This document shows positions 47,945 through 57,406 of a stretch of 64,000 nucleotides of DNA, piece after piece; within the stretch, counting starts at the first letter, position 1, and the number at the start of each line of letters is the position of its first letter. The notes beneath the pieces were generated by a model. That model was not told the DNA's origin. It saw nothing but the letters and a program-made list of their open reading frames with translations, and made no database searches. The position numbers and the translations under genes were made by a program. This DNA is from an uncultured Vicinamibacteraceae bacterium (GTDB lineage Bacteria > Acidobacteriota > Vicinamibacteria > Vicinamibacterales > UBA8438). Location of the stretch: NCBI GenBank assembly GCA_964342695.1, contig CAYFFV010000003.1:53695-117694 (forward strand), given 5' to 3'.

Positions 47945-49393
47945 TTAATTAAAAAACCCGCCCGAATTTTCCAACATGAAAGGCGATTCGATTTGTTCGA
48001 AACCCCCTCCTAATGCAAGGTAGAGGTCGACACGGTTTTCCAGGCGAAGTCGCTTGGCGGCGATTAATTCTCCTTCAACCTGCACTGCAGATCTCTGTGA
48101 GTCAAGTACAGTAATGTAGCTTTCAAGGCCGGCTCGGTAGCGTTCTTCCGAGAGTGTCTCAGCAGCCCTTGCTTGTTCAGCAGAGATTACGAGATGTTTT
48201 TCCCGGTCTTCCAAGAATTGTTCGGCCGCCAACGCTGTTTCCACTTCTGCGTAAGCGATGAGTGCCGTGTTTGCATACGAGGCTAATGCTGTTGCGCTTT
48301 CCGCTTCCGCGCGACCAATATGTGCCCCAAAGCGACCTTTTCCCTGCCACAAGGGTGCTGTTACATCTGCAAGAAGGCTCCAAACGCTGAAATCTCCGTT
48401 AATGAGAGAACGGAGTGCATCGGTGGCCGTTCCACCACCTGCCGTTAGCCGAATACGCGGTAGTCGTTCCTTCCGCGCAACACCAACTCGAGCTTCGGCG
48501 GCAGCAAGTTGTCGCTCGGCAGCCACAAGATCAGGTCGACGAGCAACAAGATCTGCAGGCAACCCACTTGGTACGTGCGGTGCTACAGTGGGGAGCGAAG
48601 CGGGTGGTTCAATGGTCCCGTCCGCATATTCGCTCAGCAGTACTTTGAGTTGACGTGTGGCGGAATCAAATTGTTGTAATCGTTGTTCCAACAATGCTTC
48701 TGCATTCGACAAATTGAGTAACGCAAGTCTCAGATCAAGTGACGGTCTAATCCCTGCTTCAAACCGCTCTCGGACTCTGTCGGCCGATTCTCTAAAACTA
48801 GTTACAGTCTCGCGGGATAAATCTATTTGTTGTTGCGCTTCGGCGATGGCAAACCAAGTCTTCACGGTCTGTCCAGCAATTGATAATTGGGCGCCTCTAA
48901 AGTCTGCTGCCGAAGCTTGTAAGTTTGCTAGCGCTGCTTGGGTACTCGCCCGTAGCCGTCCCCATAGATCAAGTTCCCATGAAACATCTAGAGAAATACC
49001 GTGATTGGTGGAAACAGTGCTCAAAACCTGGTCTTCTGCTCCAGGAATCGGAAAGCCCACAAAGTTTTGTTTACGTTGATAGCGCGTATACGATGAATTT
49101 ACCGTTGGTTGTAAATCAGCCGATGAGATTGTTGCTTCTGCGGCCGCCATTTCTAAGCGTGCCGCAGCGCCTTGAAGATCGAAATTGCGCTCTAAGGCCA
49201 TCTCTACCGTCTTTACAAGGTCGGCATCGGCAAAGTCCTCCCACCATCGGACTGCAACTTGCCCAGTTTCTGTGGTCTTTGCCGTCCAGGTCTCTGGAAT
49301 ATTGACTCCAATGTCTGGAACTTGTACCGGTGGCGCCGTCGCGCAGCTACAGACAATTACGGAGACAAGGGAGATTATTATTTGCCTACTCAT
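47945..49393 (-). CDS. RND outer-membrane factor lipoprotein (OprM/NodT family)
   Basis: Lipobox VCSC; WWEDF.D..L..., SWELDLWGR, P.GLPADL..RRPDL.AAE, RYRAGL..Y..VLD.QR, V.LY.ALGGG. Confidence 0.93.
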   Translation of the reverse strand: MSRQIIISLVSVIVCSCATAPPVQVPDIGVNIPETWTAKTTETGQVAVRWWEDFADADLVKTVEMALERNFDLQGAAARLEMAAAEATISSADLQPTVNSSYTRYQRKQNFVGFPIPGAEDQVLSTVSTNHGISLDVSWELDLWGRLRASTQAALANLQASAADFRGAQLSIAGQTVKTWFAIAEAQQQIDLSRETVTSFRESADRVRERFEAGIRPSLDLRLALLNLSNAEALLEQRLQQFDSATRQLKVLLSEYADGTIEPPASLPTVAPHVPSGLPADLVARRPDLVAAERQLAAAEARVGVARKERLPRIRLTAGGGTATDALRSLINGDFSVWSLLADVTAPLWQGKGRFGAHIGRAEAESATALASYANTALIAYAEVETALAAEQFLEDREKHLVISAEQARAAETLSEERYRAGLESYITVLDSQRSAVQVEGELIAAKRLRLENRVDLYLALGGGFEQIESPFMLENSGGFFN

Positions 49394-50070
49394 TGTTGTT
49401 TGTCTTTTTTGGAAAGAGTCTTCTTGCTAGTCGTTTGTAGTTTAGATGTTGAAAAGCCAGCCGCTGCGAAACGAATTAGAGATTCAAAAAGCTGCTTAGG
49501 GGTTTCCTGGTCACTTTCGTTTGTTGCCGTCAATTCGAACAAAATCATTGTGTGGGACATGGCCCCAAGGGTAAATTCCATGCGGCGTTTTACTTCATCA
49601 GGTTCAAGGTTGGGTAAAGCTTTCTGCAGGGCTTCTGTATACCGCACTACAACTTGATCGAATTGATTAAAAAGCGAGGCTCTTACCTCTTCGCTGGCAG
49701 AATGGCATTGCCCAAGGAATCTTAAAAATTTGAGACCCTTTTGTTTTTCCTCGGTAGTGTCAAGTGCAGCCCATGCATAAAATGGTGGACCAAGAAAAGC
49801 AGAAAGGATGTCTTCGATGGCAGGACTTGTCCCTTCGTTTTTATTGTGTAGTTTGTCAAGCAGTGCGATGCGCTCATTGTTGATGGGGCGCAAATTTCGT
49901 TCAAGGATGGCCTTCAACAGTTCTTCTTTTGAACCGAAATGATAATTGACCGCCGCAAGATTCACTTCGGCTTCTTTGGTGATATCACGCAAAGACGTCA
50001 CTCCGACGCCTTCATCGGCAAACAATCGCTGTGCTGTGTCAAGAATCCGATCTTTAGTGTTAGGGGTCAT
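49390..50070 (-). CDS. TetR/AcrR-family transcriptional regulator
   Basis: TKDRILDTAQRLFA..G...TSLRDIT..A.VN.AAVNYHFGSKEEL. ATGA overlap with the OMF gene. Confidence 0.93.
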   Translation of the reverse strand: MTPNTKDRILDTAQRLFADEGVGVTSLRDITKEAEVNLAAVNYHFGSKEELLKAILERNLRPINNERIALLDKLHNKNEGTSPAIEDILSAFLGPPFYAWAALDTTEEKQKGLKFLRFLGQCHSASEEVRASLFNQFDQVVVRYTEALQKALPNLEPDEVKRRMEFTLGAMSHTMILFELTATNESDQETPKQLFESLIRFAAAGFSTSKLQTTSKKTLSKKDKQQ

Positions 50071-50105
50071 TAAAATTTAATCTGGATAGTCGCGAAATTA
50101 AAATA

Positions 50106-50149
50106 AAACGTTCGTTTAAATCATACGTATGATAAAAACATGGTGTCAA
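50106..50149 (-). promoter_or_regulatory. Promoter and tandem palindromic operators for the tetR-RND operon
   Basis: Minus strand TTGACA (50149-50144), N18, TATGAT (50125-50120). The perfect palindrome ATCATACGTATGAT (50120-50133) overlaps the -10, and a second AAACG-TT-CGTTT lies at 50106-50117. Confidence 0.7.
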
Positions 50150-50378
50150 GACTGATTTTCACGTTTTTACATTGTTTTTTAAGGCCCTGAAAAAATCGTA
50201 TAGCAATTTGGTGTCAGTTAACCTAAATGCCCGAGAACGCTACTTTTATCAACTTCTTTTTCTGAGCTTGTCTAGTCCATGGTAAGCTGTGCTTTCGTGA
50301 GTGCTTTACACTTTTGATTTAAGCACTTTTTTGAAAGAATTTTTTTAAGTTCTGAACTTTAGCTGAGGAGGGTGTCTC

Positions 50379-51023
50379 ATGGGCGACGTGGGACAGTTGG
50401 ATCATCACGAGGAAAAGCCAACAGAGCAAGATGGCTTTTCGCGGCGAAGTTTTATTAAAGGAGTAATTGCGACTGGCGCTACGGTTTCTGCCACCAGTTA
50501 TGTGTATAAGGGTGGAACCATGGTGCGGGCGCAAGCACCTGGGTCGGTGGAACGCTTGATCACGCTTTCAGTTAACGGTCAGCAACGCCGGGTCGATGTG
50601 TTGCCTCATGAAACGCTCGCAACGACCTTACGTTACAAGCTGGGATTAACGGGAACGAAAATCGGGTGTGACCGCGCTGAATGCGGAGCGTGTACCGTCT
50701 TGGTTGATGGAGTGCCACACTATGCCTGTTCAATGTTAACGCACCAGGTTCGTGGTCGTACAGTGCAGACAATTGAAGGGCTTGAAGCAGCAGATGGTAC
50801 ATTGCATCCTGTTCAGCAGGCTGTCGTGGATGAACAGGGTTTTCAATGTGCATTTTGTATGCCTGGCTTCGTCATGAATATGGTCGCGATGGTTGATGAG
50901 AATCCAAATCCGACTCGAACGGAGGCAGCGCAATATCTTTCCGGAAATTTATGTCGCTGTGCGGACTACAACAAAATTTTAAATGTTGCGTTGCGGGCTG
51001 CAGAGTATACGCGGAGGGGTTAA
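50379..51023 (+). CDS. Xanthine-oxidase family 2x[2Fe-2S] subunit with Tat signal (PaoA/YagT-like)
   Basis: Tat motif SRRSFIKG; GTKIGCDRAECGACTV...C; QCAFCMPG; GNLCRC. Confidence 0.92.
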   Translation: MGDVGQLDHHEEKPTEQDGFSRRSFIKGVIATGATVSATSYVYKGGTMVRAQAPGSVERLITLSVNGQQRRVDVLPHETLATTLRYKLGLTGTKIGCDRAECGACTVLVDGVPHYACSMLTHQVRGRTVQTIEGLEAADGTLHPVQQAVVDEQGFQCAFCMPGFVMNMVAMVDENPNPTRTEAAQYLSGNLCRCADYNKILNVALRAAEYTRRG

Positions 51024-51024
51024 C

Positions 51025-53448
51025 GTGGCTGACTATAAACTAATTGGTAAAAACTATACGCCACAAGATCTAGTTGCCAAGGTCACAGGACGCGCAAAGT
51101 ACGCGGAGGATTTTCGGGCGGAAGGAATGCTTTTTGCGAAACTGCTTTCTAGTCCGATGCCCCACGCGCGCATCCGAAGTATCGATACCAGTGTTGCCGA
51201 GGCAATTCCAGGTGTTGAGGCCATCCTTACTGCCGATGATTTACCACCTGTTGAAGCTCCCAACGAAGCAGGGCTTACGAATGAGCCGATGTACGAAGGC
51301 GAACCGATATTGGCGGTGGCCGCTGTTGATGAAGCTACGGCTGCGGACGCGATTGAAGCAATTCAAATTGATTTTGAGCCGCTACCCTTTTCTGTGGATC
51401 CCCTTGAAAGTCTGCGTCCTGGTGGGCCTAATGCCCGCCTCGACGGAAACACAATTTCTGGCCGGGAAATCACTACGATTAAATGGGACAATGTTGATTG
51501 GGATGCTATCGATCGGGGTGAGGCCTTACCCACCGATGCACCCGTAACGGACGAATGGGAACTGGGGAATGTTGAGGCAGGGCTCGATGAAGCAGATCTT
51601 GTACTTGATGAGACTCTGTTCCACCAGTCTATGGGGCATCAGCCGTTGGAGACTAGGACGTCGATGGCTTACTGGCAGAATGGTAAATGCCATTTGTATA
51701 CATCCACACAGAGCACTGCTCGCACGCATGGTGCTGCGGCTCGTGGAATTGGAATTGCACCCGAGGATTTAGTGCTTGTTTCAGAGTACTGTGGCGGTGG
51801 TTTTGGTAGCAAGATAGCAGGCTCTGTCCAAATGCGTATTCCCGCTCTTCTGTCGCAGAAGGCAGGCAAACCGGTAATGATGCGTATAACCAGGCAAGAA
51901 GAGCACGCTATTGGGCGTGCGCGACCAGGGTTGCAAGGGAGAGTAAAGATAGGTTTCCGCAGTGACGGGCGCATTACAGCGATGGATTTCTTTTTTGTGC
52001 AAGATGGTGGTCCTTACGGACGCTCCACTGATTTTATGAACGCCGTCGATCAGGCTTCATTAATGTATCAACCGTTGAGTCATCGTTTGCGCGGGATATC
52101 GATGTATACCAATACACCTCCCCGGTCAGCGCAGCGGGCGCCAGGTGGACTCCAGATTGTTTCGATGCTTGCACCGGTTATGCAGAAGGCAGCCAAACAA
52201 CTCGGACTCGATCCACTTGAGGTTATTCGAATTAATGCTCCAGAAGGTCAGGCAAAAATGGGCCGTCCCCAAGATGGCGTTCAGGGTCATTGTTCGAGTG
52301 CGTTTGTAAAGGAAGCACTTGATAAAGGCGCCGAGGTTTTTGATTGGCAGGCGATGCGAGCCAAGAGTGGTCAGCGCAATGGGTCAAAGATTACTGGTGT
52401 TGGGGTTGCGCTTAGCTCGTTTAATGCTGGTGCGGCAGGCATGGACGGTCTGCTGACGATTCGTCCTGATGGCAAAGTTTATATCCAGCAGGGGATCGGT
52501 AATCTTGGAACAGAATCTGTCTTTGATACGGCGCGTGGCGCGATGGAGGCTCTTAAAACAGATTGGGAACAAGCTGAGGTGGTTTGGGGAAATACCAGTA
52601 AGCATCTTCCGTGGAGTTCGGTGCAGGCCGGTAGTATGACGACACATGCTCATACCCGAGCCAACTATGCAGCTGGAGAAGACGCCGTTCGTAAACTCCG
52701 CGAGGTCGCTGCCAGAGCTCTCGGTGGTTCACCTGGAGATTATGATGTTGAAAATGGATGGGTGTTTCGCCGAGGCAATCGATCCAGTGGCCTAAGTTTT
52801 GCGCAGGCAGCTCAACAGGCGATCGAGCTTGGTGGAAAGTACGATGGGCATGAATTACCCGAGGACATCAATAGCATGACCGTCAATTCGGCAACTGCTT
52901 TGGCTGGTCTAGGCCTGATGGGAGTCGCAAAAGATAATTACCAGACTGGCGGACGTGTAATTTCACATTGTATTGGTTTTGCAGAGGTGGAAGTTGATGT
53001 TGAGACGGGAGCCATTAGACTTGCTGATTATCGAGTGTCCACAGATTGCGGAACGATTCTGAACCCGCGAGGGCTTGAAGGGCAGCTTCATGGCGGAGGT
53101 ATTCAGGGGTTTAGTGCCGCGCTTGGTCAGAAGTGGATTTATGATAGGCGCTGGGGACTCCAGGTAACAAAGCGATTCTATTCGAATCGACCGCCAACGT
53201 TGTTGGATGTTCCGCATACTGATTCAATGCAGTGGGTCGCCCACAATGAAGCGGACCCATTTAACCCACTTGGTGCGAAAGGTATTGGAGAAGCTGCAGA
53301 GGGTGCTGGTTCGGGGGCTGTTTTGTGTGCCATAGCAGATGCTATCGGGGATGGGTACTTTAATCGAACTCCCGTGATGAGCGATATGATTTTGGCAAAA
53401 GTAGAAAATCTGCCTGCGGCAGTAGGGACGCTCACGGCGCACGCCTGA
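51025..53448 (+). CDS. Xanthine-oxidase family molybdopterin-binding subunit (PaoC/YagR-like)
   Basis: GTG start 1 nt after the previous stop. KVTGRAKY.ED, LSSPMPHARI, GGGFGSK, QRAPG, QGIGNLGT, GQLHGG..QG, catalytic GAKGIGE. Confidence 0.92.
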   Translation: MADYKLIGKNYTPQDLVAKVTGRAKYAEDFRAEGMLFAKLLSSPMPHARIRSIDTSVAEAIPGVEAILTADDLPPVEAPNEAGLTNEPMYEGEPILAVAAVDEATAADAIEAIQIDFEPLPFSVDPLESLRPGGPNARLDGNTISGREITTIKWDNVDWDAIDRGEALPTDAPVTDEWELGNVEAGLDEADLVLDETLFHQSMGHQPLETRTSMAYWQNGKCHLYTSTQSTARTHGAAARGIGIAPEDLVLVSEYCGGGFGSKIAGSVQMRIPALLSQKAGKPVMMRITRQEEHAIGRARPGLQGRVKIGFRSDGRITAMDFFFVQDGGPYGRSTDFMNAVDQASLMYQPLSHRLRGISMYTNTPPRSAQRAPGGLQIVSMLAPVMQKAAKQLGLDPLEVIRINAPEGQAKMGRPQDGVQGHCSSAFVKEALDKGAEVFDWQAMRAKSGQRNGSKITGVGVALSSFNAGAAGMDGLLTIRPDGKVYIQQGIGNLGTESVFDTARGAMEALKTDWEQAEVVWGNTSKHLPWSSVQAGSMTTHAHTRANYAAGEDAVRKLREVAARALGGSPGDYDVENGWVFRRGNRSSGLSFAQAAQQAIELGGKYDGHELPEDINSMTVNSATALAGLGLMGVAKDNYQTGGRVISHCIGFAEVEVDVETGAIRLADYRVSTDCGTILNPRGLEGQLHGGGIQGFSAALGQKWIYDRRWGLQVTKRFYSNRPPTLLDVPHTDSMQWVAHNEADPFNPLGAKGIGEAAEGAGSGAVLCAIADAIGDGYFNRTPVMSDMILAKVENLPAAVGTLTAHA

Positions 53449-53473
53449 TTTCAATTAAGAGGAGAACGATACA

Positions 53474-54475
53474 ATGGCCGTTATTCGAGACATGATGCCG
53501 GCGTTCGATTTGTTTCAGCCGACTACTACAGATGAGGCGTTAGGCTTGCTCAGCGAGCACGGCGAATCAGCTTGGGTGCTGGCTGGTGGTTTGGACACTT
53601 ATGATTGGTTTAAAGACCGAGTCAAGAGACCGACTGCAGTGGTTGATCTCGGAGGTGTTGAAGAGCTGCATGAGATCCGGTCGTTACCGGAGGGACTTGC
53701 CATTGGCGCTATGGCTAAACTGACTGAAGTCGTACGCCATCCTGAGGTGAAACAGAGCTACCAACTTCTATCAGATGCTGCAGCGCTAGTAGCCTCCCCG
53801 CAGATTCGTAATCAAGGGACACTCGGTGGAAATTTAGGTCAAGATACACGCTGTTGGTATTACCGAGACGGATGGAATTGTTATCGAGCTGGTGGGAATA
53901 TTTGTTATGCAGATACGCCTACAGCAATGAATCGGGAACATTGTATTCTTGGCGCGAGTCGCTGTGTAGCCGTTAATCCTTCCGACACAGCTCCGGCTCT
54001 TATCGCGTTAGATGCTCAGTTTGAAATTCGAAATGGCAGTGGAACACGAACCGTTTCAGCCGAAGAGTTTTTTGTGGGACCAGCAGTTGACATTGAACGC
54101 ATGACTGTTCTTGAAGCGGGTGACTTGTTGACGACGATACAGCTGTCTCCAAAGTGGGCGGGGGCACGTTTTTACTTTGAGAAGAGTCGAGATAGAGCTG
54201 TCTGGGATTTTGCACTGGCCAGTGTCGCATCTGCTGCCGTAGTGACGAATGGGGTTGTTGAAGATATTCGGATTGCTGTAAATGGTGTTGCGCCGACACC
54301 GTTGCGTCTTCGCGCGGCAGAAGATTTGGTGCGAGGTCAGAGTATGAATAACGATTTGGCGAAACGTGCTGGAGAAGCTGCTGTTGAAGGAGTTCGACCG
54401 TTGGCACATAACGGATACAAGGTCGCACTTCTGAGAAATTTAGTTACACGATCTGTACGAGGTGGTGAGGCCTAG
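53474..54475 (+). CDS. Xanthine-oxidase family FAD subunit with [4Fe-4S] insertion (PaoB/YagS/HcrB-like)
   Basis: LAGGLD, ASPQIRNQGTLGGNL, Cys-rich insert RCWYYR...NCYRAGGNICY...HCILG..RC..V.PSD.APAL, YFEK...R...DFA. Confidence 0.92.
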   Translation: MAVIRDMMPAFDLFQPTTTDEALGLLSEHGESAWVLAGGLDTYDWFKDRVKRPTAVVDLGGVEELHEIRSLPEGLAIGAMAKLTEVVRHPEVKQSYQLLSDAAALVASPQIRNQGTLGGNLGQDTRCWYYRDGWNCYRAGGNICYADTPTAMNREHCILGASRCVAVNPSDTAPALIALDAQFEIRNGSGTRTVSAEEFFVGPAVDIERMTVLEAGDLLTTIQLSPKWAGARFYFEKSRDRAVWDFALASVASAAVVTNGVVEDIRIAVNGVAPTPLRLRAAEDLVRGQSMNNDLAKRAGEAAVEGVRPLAHNGYKVALLRNLVTRSVRGGEA

Positions 54476-54476
54476 G

Positions 54477-55316
54477 ATGCAAATATTTGAATGGGGTGTT
54501 GATCCGTGGGGGCAGGAGATGCTCGTTCGGATCTCATGGGATTTGCTCTATTTAGCATTTTGGACGGGCATAGCGTTTATCTTATTTCACATTGTTTATG
54601 CCGCTGTTTGGTTGCCAAAATTAGTTCGAGCTAAACATAGTAACAATACTGACGCGACGGTTTCGGCGAATCTTCCCGAGCGAATAACCCGGCACACAGG
54701 TGCAGCCAGATTTTTTCATTGGATCATGGCGGCCTCCATGATTGTTCTTCTCATTACAGGATTTTTTCCAGTTATCGGTGTGCAATTTCCATGGCTCACT
54801 TTGCATTGGGTGTCTGGCTTGTTCCTGACCGTCTCAATCGTTTACCACATATTACACGCCACGTTTTTCTTAGATTTTTGGTCTATTTGGATCCTTCCTG
54901 TTGACTTACAGGAGGCGTGGAAACGAATTCGGCATCAGATGGGAAAATCTTCTGACGATATTCCTAAGCACGGCAAGTATCCTCTTGATCATAAGCTTTA
55001 TCACCTAGCGGTCACCCTCGGAGGACTGGCGGTTATCGGAACCGGTCTATTTATGATGTTGCGGATAGAGACTCCATTATGGGCACGGAACGCGTATTTT
55101 CTTGAAGATGCAACGTGGGGATTAGTTTATGCGCTCCATGGTTTTAGCGCGGTTTTTTTTGTGACGTTAACGCTTACTCATATCTACTTCGCTGTCCGAC
55201 CTGAGAAATTGTGGCTGACCAAATCAATGGTGTTTGGATATGTCGAACGCGATCGATATCTTGAACATCATGATCCAGATCGTTGGGTCGTGTCCGAGGA
55301 ATCTTCAAAACAGTGA
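54477..55316 (+). CDS. Cytochrome b/b6-domain membrane subunit (FdnI / formate dehydrogenase gamma-like)
   Basis: RH...RFFHW, LHW..G, GKY...HKLYH, LHG..A, HIYFA, SM..G.V. Four TM His for two b hemes. ATG 54477 is 1 nt after the FAD subunit stop. Confidence 0.85.
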   Translation: MQIFEWGVDPWGQEMLVRISWDLLYLAFWTGIAFILFHIVYAAVWLPKLVRAKHSNNTDATVSANLPERITRHTGAARFFHWIMAASMIVLLITGFFPVIGVQFPWLTLHWVSGLFLTVSIVYHILHATFFLDFWSIWILPVDLQEAWKRIRHQMGKSSDDIPKHGKYPLDHKLYHLAVTLGGLAVIGTGLFMMLRIETPLWARNAYFLEDATWGLVYALHGFSAVFFVTLTLTHIYFAVRPEKLWLTKSMVFGYVERDRYLEHHDPDRWVVSEESSKQ

Positions 55317-55744
55317 CAACGGCTGACGAGCTCCAAGCTCGTATAAATTCTATTGAGGAAAGTTACGAATTTTTTCTAGCTTATGCCGCGCAGGGTGTTG
55401 CCGGCGGTGATGCCGCAGCAGCATCCGGACAGGCTAGAGATTTTCTCGATCGGATGGAGCACGCCCTTGAGAGCCTTGCCGATTTATTTTTAGAGGTTGT
55501 CGAGCGAAATGCTCAGGATGATCTGAGCAAGTATCGATCCTTTATTGACCTGCTACGACAGGATGCCAACAATTCGTTGGCGGCAGTAAAGATGGTATCG
55601 GCTCAGCCGGCCATTAGTTCACAAATGATAGACAACCTTAATGCTTTGATTCATTTACGCGCATTGCTGACTGATGTTTTCTTGATTGACGAAATATTGA
55701 ATCCACGTATTCCTGCTCCTCACAAAAAAGAGGCTGATTCGTAG
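55313..55744 (+). CDS. Conserved-looking hypothetical all-helical protein
   Basis: The GTG start overlaps the cytochrome b TGA (GTGA). Sequence IEESYEFFLAYAAQG...IDNLNALIHLRALLTD.FL.DE. Confidence 0.65.
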   Translation: MTTADELQARINSIEESYEFFLAYAAQGVAGGDAAAASGQARDFLDRMEHALESLADLFLEVVERNAQDDLSKYRSFIDLLRQDANNSLAAVKMVSAQPAISSQMIDNLNALIHLRALLTDVFLIDEILNPRIPAPHKKEADS

Positions 55745-55828
55745 CATCATTCCGGTCTTACATTCGAAGCCGATCCATATGGGTTTCACTAATCAATATT
55801 AAAGCGGGACACATATCTTATCTGTGCG

Positions 55829-56587
55829 TTGGATTTAACTAGGTTTATGGTTCTTGAAAATAAAGTAGTTCTCATTACGGGAGCACGTCGCCTTGGAAGT
55901 GCTGTTGCTGGTGCTGTGGCGCGCCGAGGGGCAGATGTCAGTTTGTCATTTCGACGGTCTCGGAACGATCTTCATAGAGCCGAAAATTTAGTCAAACAAG
56001 CAGGGCGAGATATTTTGGTGACAAAGGTTGATTTGCGTTCTCCTGACGAGTGTCGCTACTTGATTCATGAGACCGTAGAGACATTTGGGCGCCTTGACGT
56101 ACTGATTAATATGGCTTCTTCCTATGAACAGAATGCGGTCGATAATTTAACAGAACTAGATTGGGACAAGGCCTTATCGGTTGACGCAAGGGCAGCGTAT
56201 ATTTGTGCGTTAGCAGCGATACCGCATCTTCGTAGTGCAGGTGGCGGTCACATCATCAACTTTTCTGATTGGACTGCTGCTAGCGGACGTCCTCGATACC
56301 TCGGTTATCTTCCTTATTACGTGGCCAAAAGTGCGGTTATTGGATTAACGGAATCTCTGGCTCTGGAATTGGCGGGAGAAGGAATATTGGTAAATGCAAT
56401 TGCGCCGGGTCCGATAGAGGCTCCCCCAGGCACCTCGCATGAGGAGATACAAGCTGTCGAACAGACAACTCCTTTAGGCCGGTGGGGTGGCGAGGACGTA
56501 ATCGCAAGCACCGTTGTAAGTCTACTTGAGTCAGAGTTTGTGACTGGTGAGACCATTCGAGTGGATGGTGGGCGACACATCAGATAA
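55829..56587 (+). CDS. SDR oxidoreductase, pteridine reductase/FolM-like subfamily
   Basis: ITGARRLG (TGxxRxG), DVLINMAS, IINFSD, YYVAK (YxxxK), VNAIAPG, FVTGETIRVDGG. Confidence 0.85.
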   Translation: MDLTRFMVLENKVVLITGARRLGSAVAGAVARRGADVSLSFRRSRNDLHRAENLVKQAGRDILVTKVDLRSPDECRYLIHETVETFGRLDVLINMASSYEQNAVDNLTELDWDKALSVDARAAYICALAAIPHLRSAGGGHIINFSDWTAASGRPRYLGYLPYYVAKSAVIGLTESLALELAGEGILVNAIAPGPIEAPPGTSHEEIQAVEQTTPLGRWGGEDVIASTVVSLLESEFVTGETIRVDGGRHIR

Positions 56588-56608
56588 ATTCAGCATTGTG
56601 GAGAAAAA

Positions 56609-56980
56609 ATGCCTCAGTTAATTACAAAACCTGCCGTGATTGAAGCGGTCGGTAATAAACCGAAACTCATTCAGGAATTTGTTGGTGGGGTTAACACGGG
56701 GCATACTAATGTTAGTGTGGCGAAAATGACCTCGTCCGAAGGGTGGAAGGAACCTGGTCAACGCCCTGATTTTGAAGAAATTACTCTGGTGCTGAGTGGG
56801 ATGGTACGCGTGGAACATGAACACGGATCTATTGATGTTCACGCTGGGGAAGCCGTTTTAGTGAAGCCAAAAGAATGGGTTCGTTACAGCACTCCTGATA
56901 TTGATGGTGCTCAATACATCGCCGTTTGTATACCAGCTTTTTCTCCCGACACCGTGAACAGAGAGTTAGAGAAAGAATAA
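56609..56980 (+). CDS. Cupin-domain protein (EutQ-like)
   Basis: KPKLIQEFVG.VN, GWKEPGQRPDFEE.T.VL.G, V.AGEAV, WVRYSTP, Y.AVC.PAFSP.TV.RE. Confidence 0.8.
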   Translation: MPQLITKPAVIEAVGNKPKLIQEFVGGVNTGHTNVSVAKMTSSEGWKEPGQRPDFEEITLVLSGMVRVEHEHGSIDVHAGEAVLVKPKEWVRYSTPDIDGAQYIAVCIPAFSPDTVNRELEKE

Positions 56981-57036
56981 GGAGAGGACCAAGATTTTCT
57001 GAAAAACTTCTACCGCTGCGGAGCCAGCTACAATCT

Positions 57037-57357
57037 TTAGTGTATAACGACGGCAGTGCCGCTCACGCTTACCATCAACATTGAGCTTCCCTGCCCAACG
57101 ACTTCGTAGTCAAGATCAATACCGATGACGGCATTCGCTCCGACCTTCTCGGCTTCTTCCTCGAGTTCTTTCAATGCGATTGCTCGTGCTTGATGAAGTT
57201 CTTTTTCGTATGATCCAGAACGCCCTCCGACAATATCACGGACACCGGCAAACAAATCCTTAATAATATTCGTTCCCAGAATTGCCTCGCCTGTTACAAG
57301 CCCACAGTATTTGGTGATCGTTTTACCTTCTACAGAAGGTGTTGTAGTTACAAGCAT
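57037..57357 (-). CDS. YbjQ/UPF0145 family protein
   Basis: [52 protein letters not shown]. Confidence 0.92.
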   Translation of the reverse strand: MLVTTTPSVEGKTITKYCGLVTGEAILGTNIIKDLFAGVRDIVGGRSGSYEKELHQARAIALKELEEEAEKVGANAVIGIDLDYEVVGQGSSMLMVSVSGTAVVIH

Positions 57358-57406
57358 AATGGCATTTGTCCCTTCACTAGTTTGATTCCTAATCATATAC
57401 CTAGAA

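Noticed and set aside
50379-54475. Aerobic CO dehydrogenase (coxMSL)
   Set aside because: The large subunit has QRAPG rather than the AYxCSFR active-site loop of form I CODH, and the Tat signal and 4Fe-4S FAD subunit fit PaoABC-type enzymes.
55314-55316. Selenocysteine or readthrough at TGA codons of redox genes (also 23904 and 25681)
   Set aside because: Each TGA overlaps the start codon of the next gene in another frame, which is ordinary translational coupling. The upstream proteins are complete.
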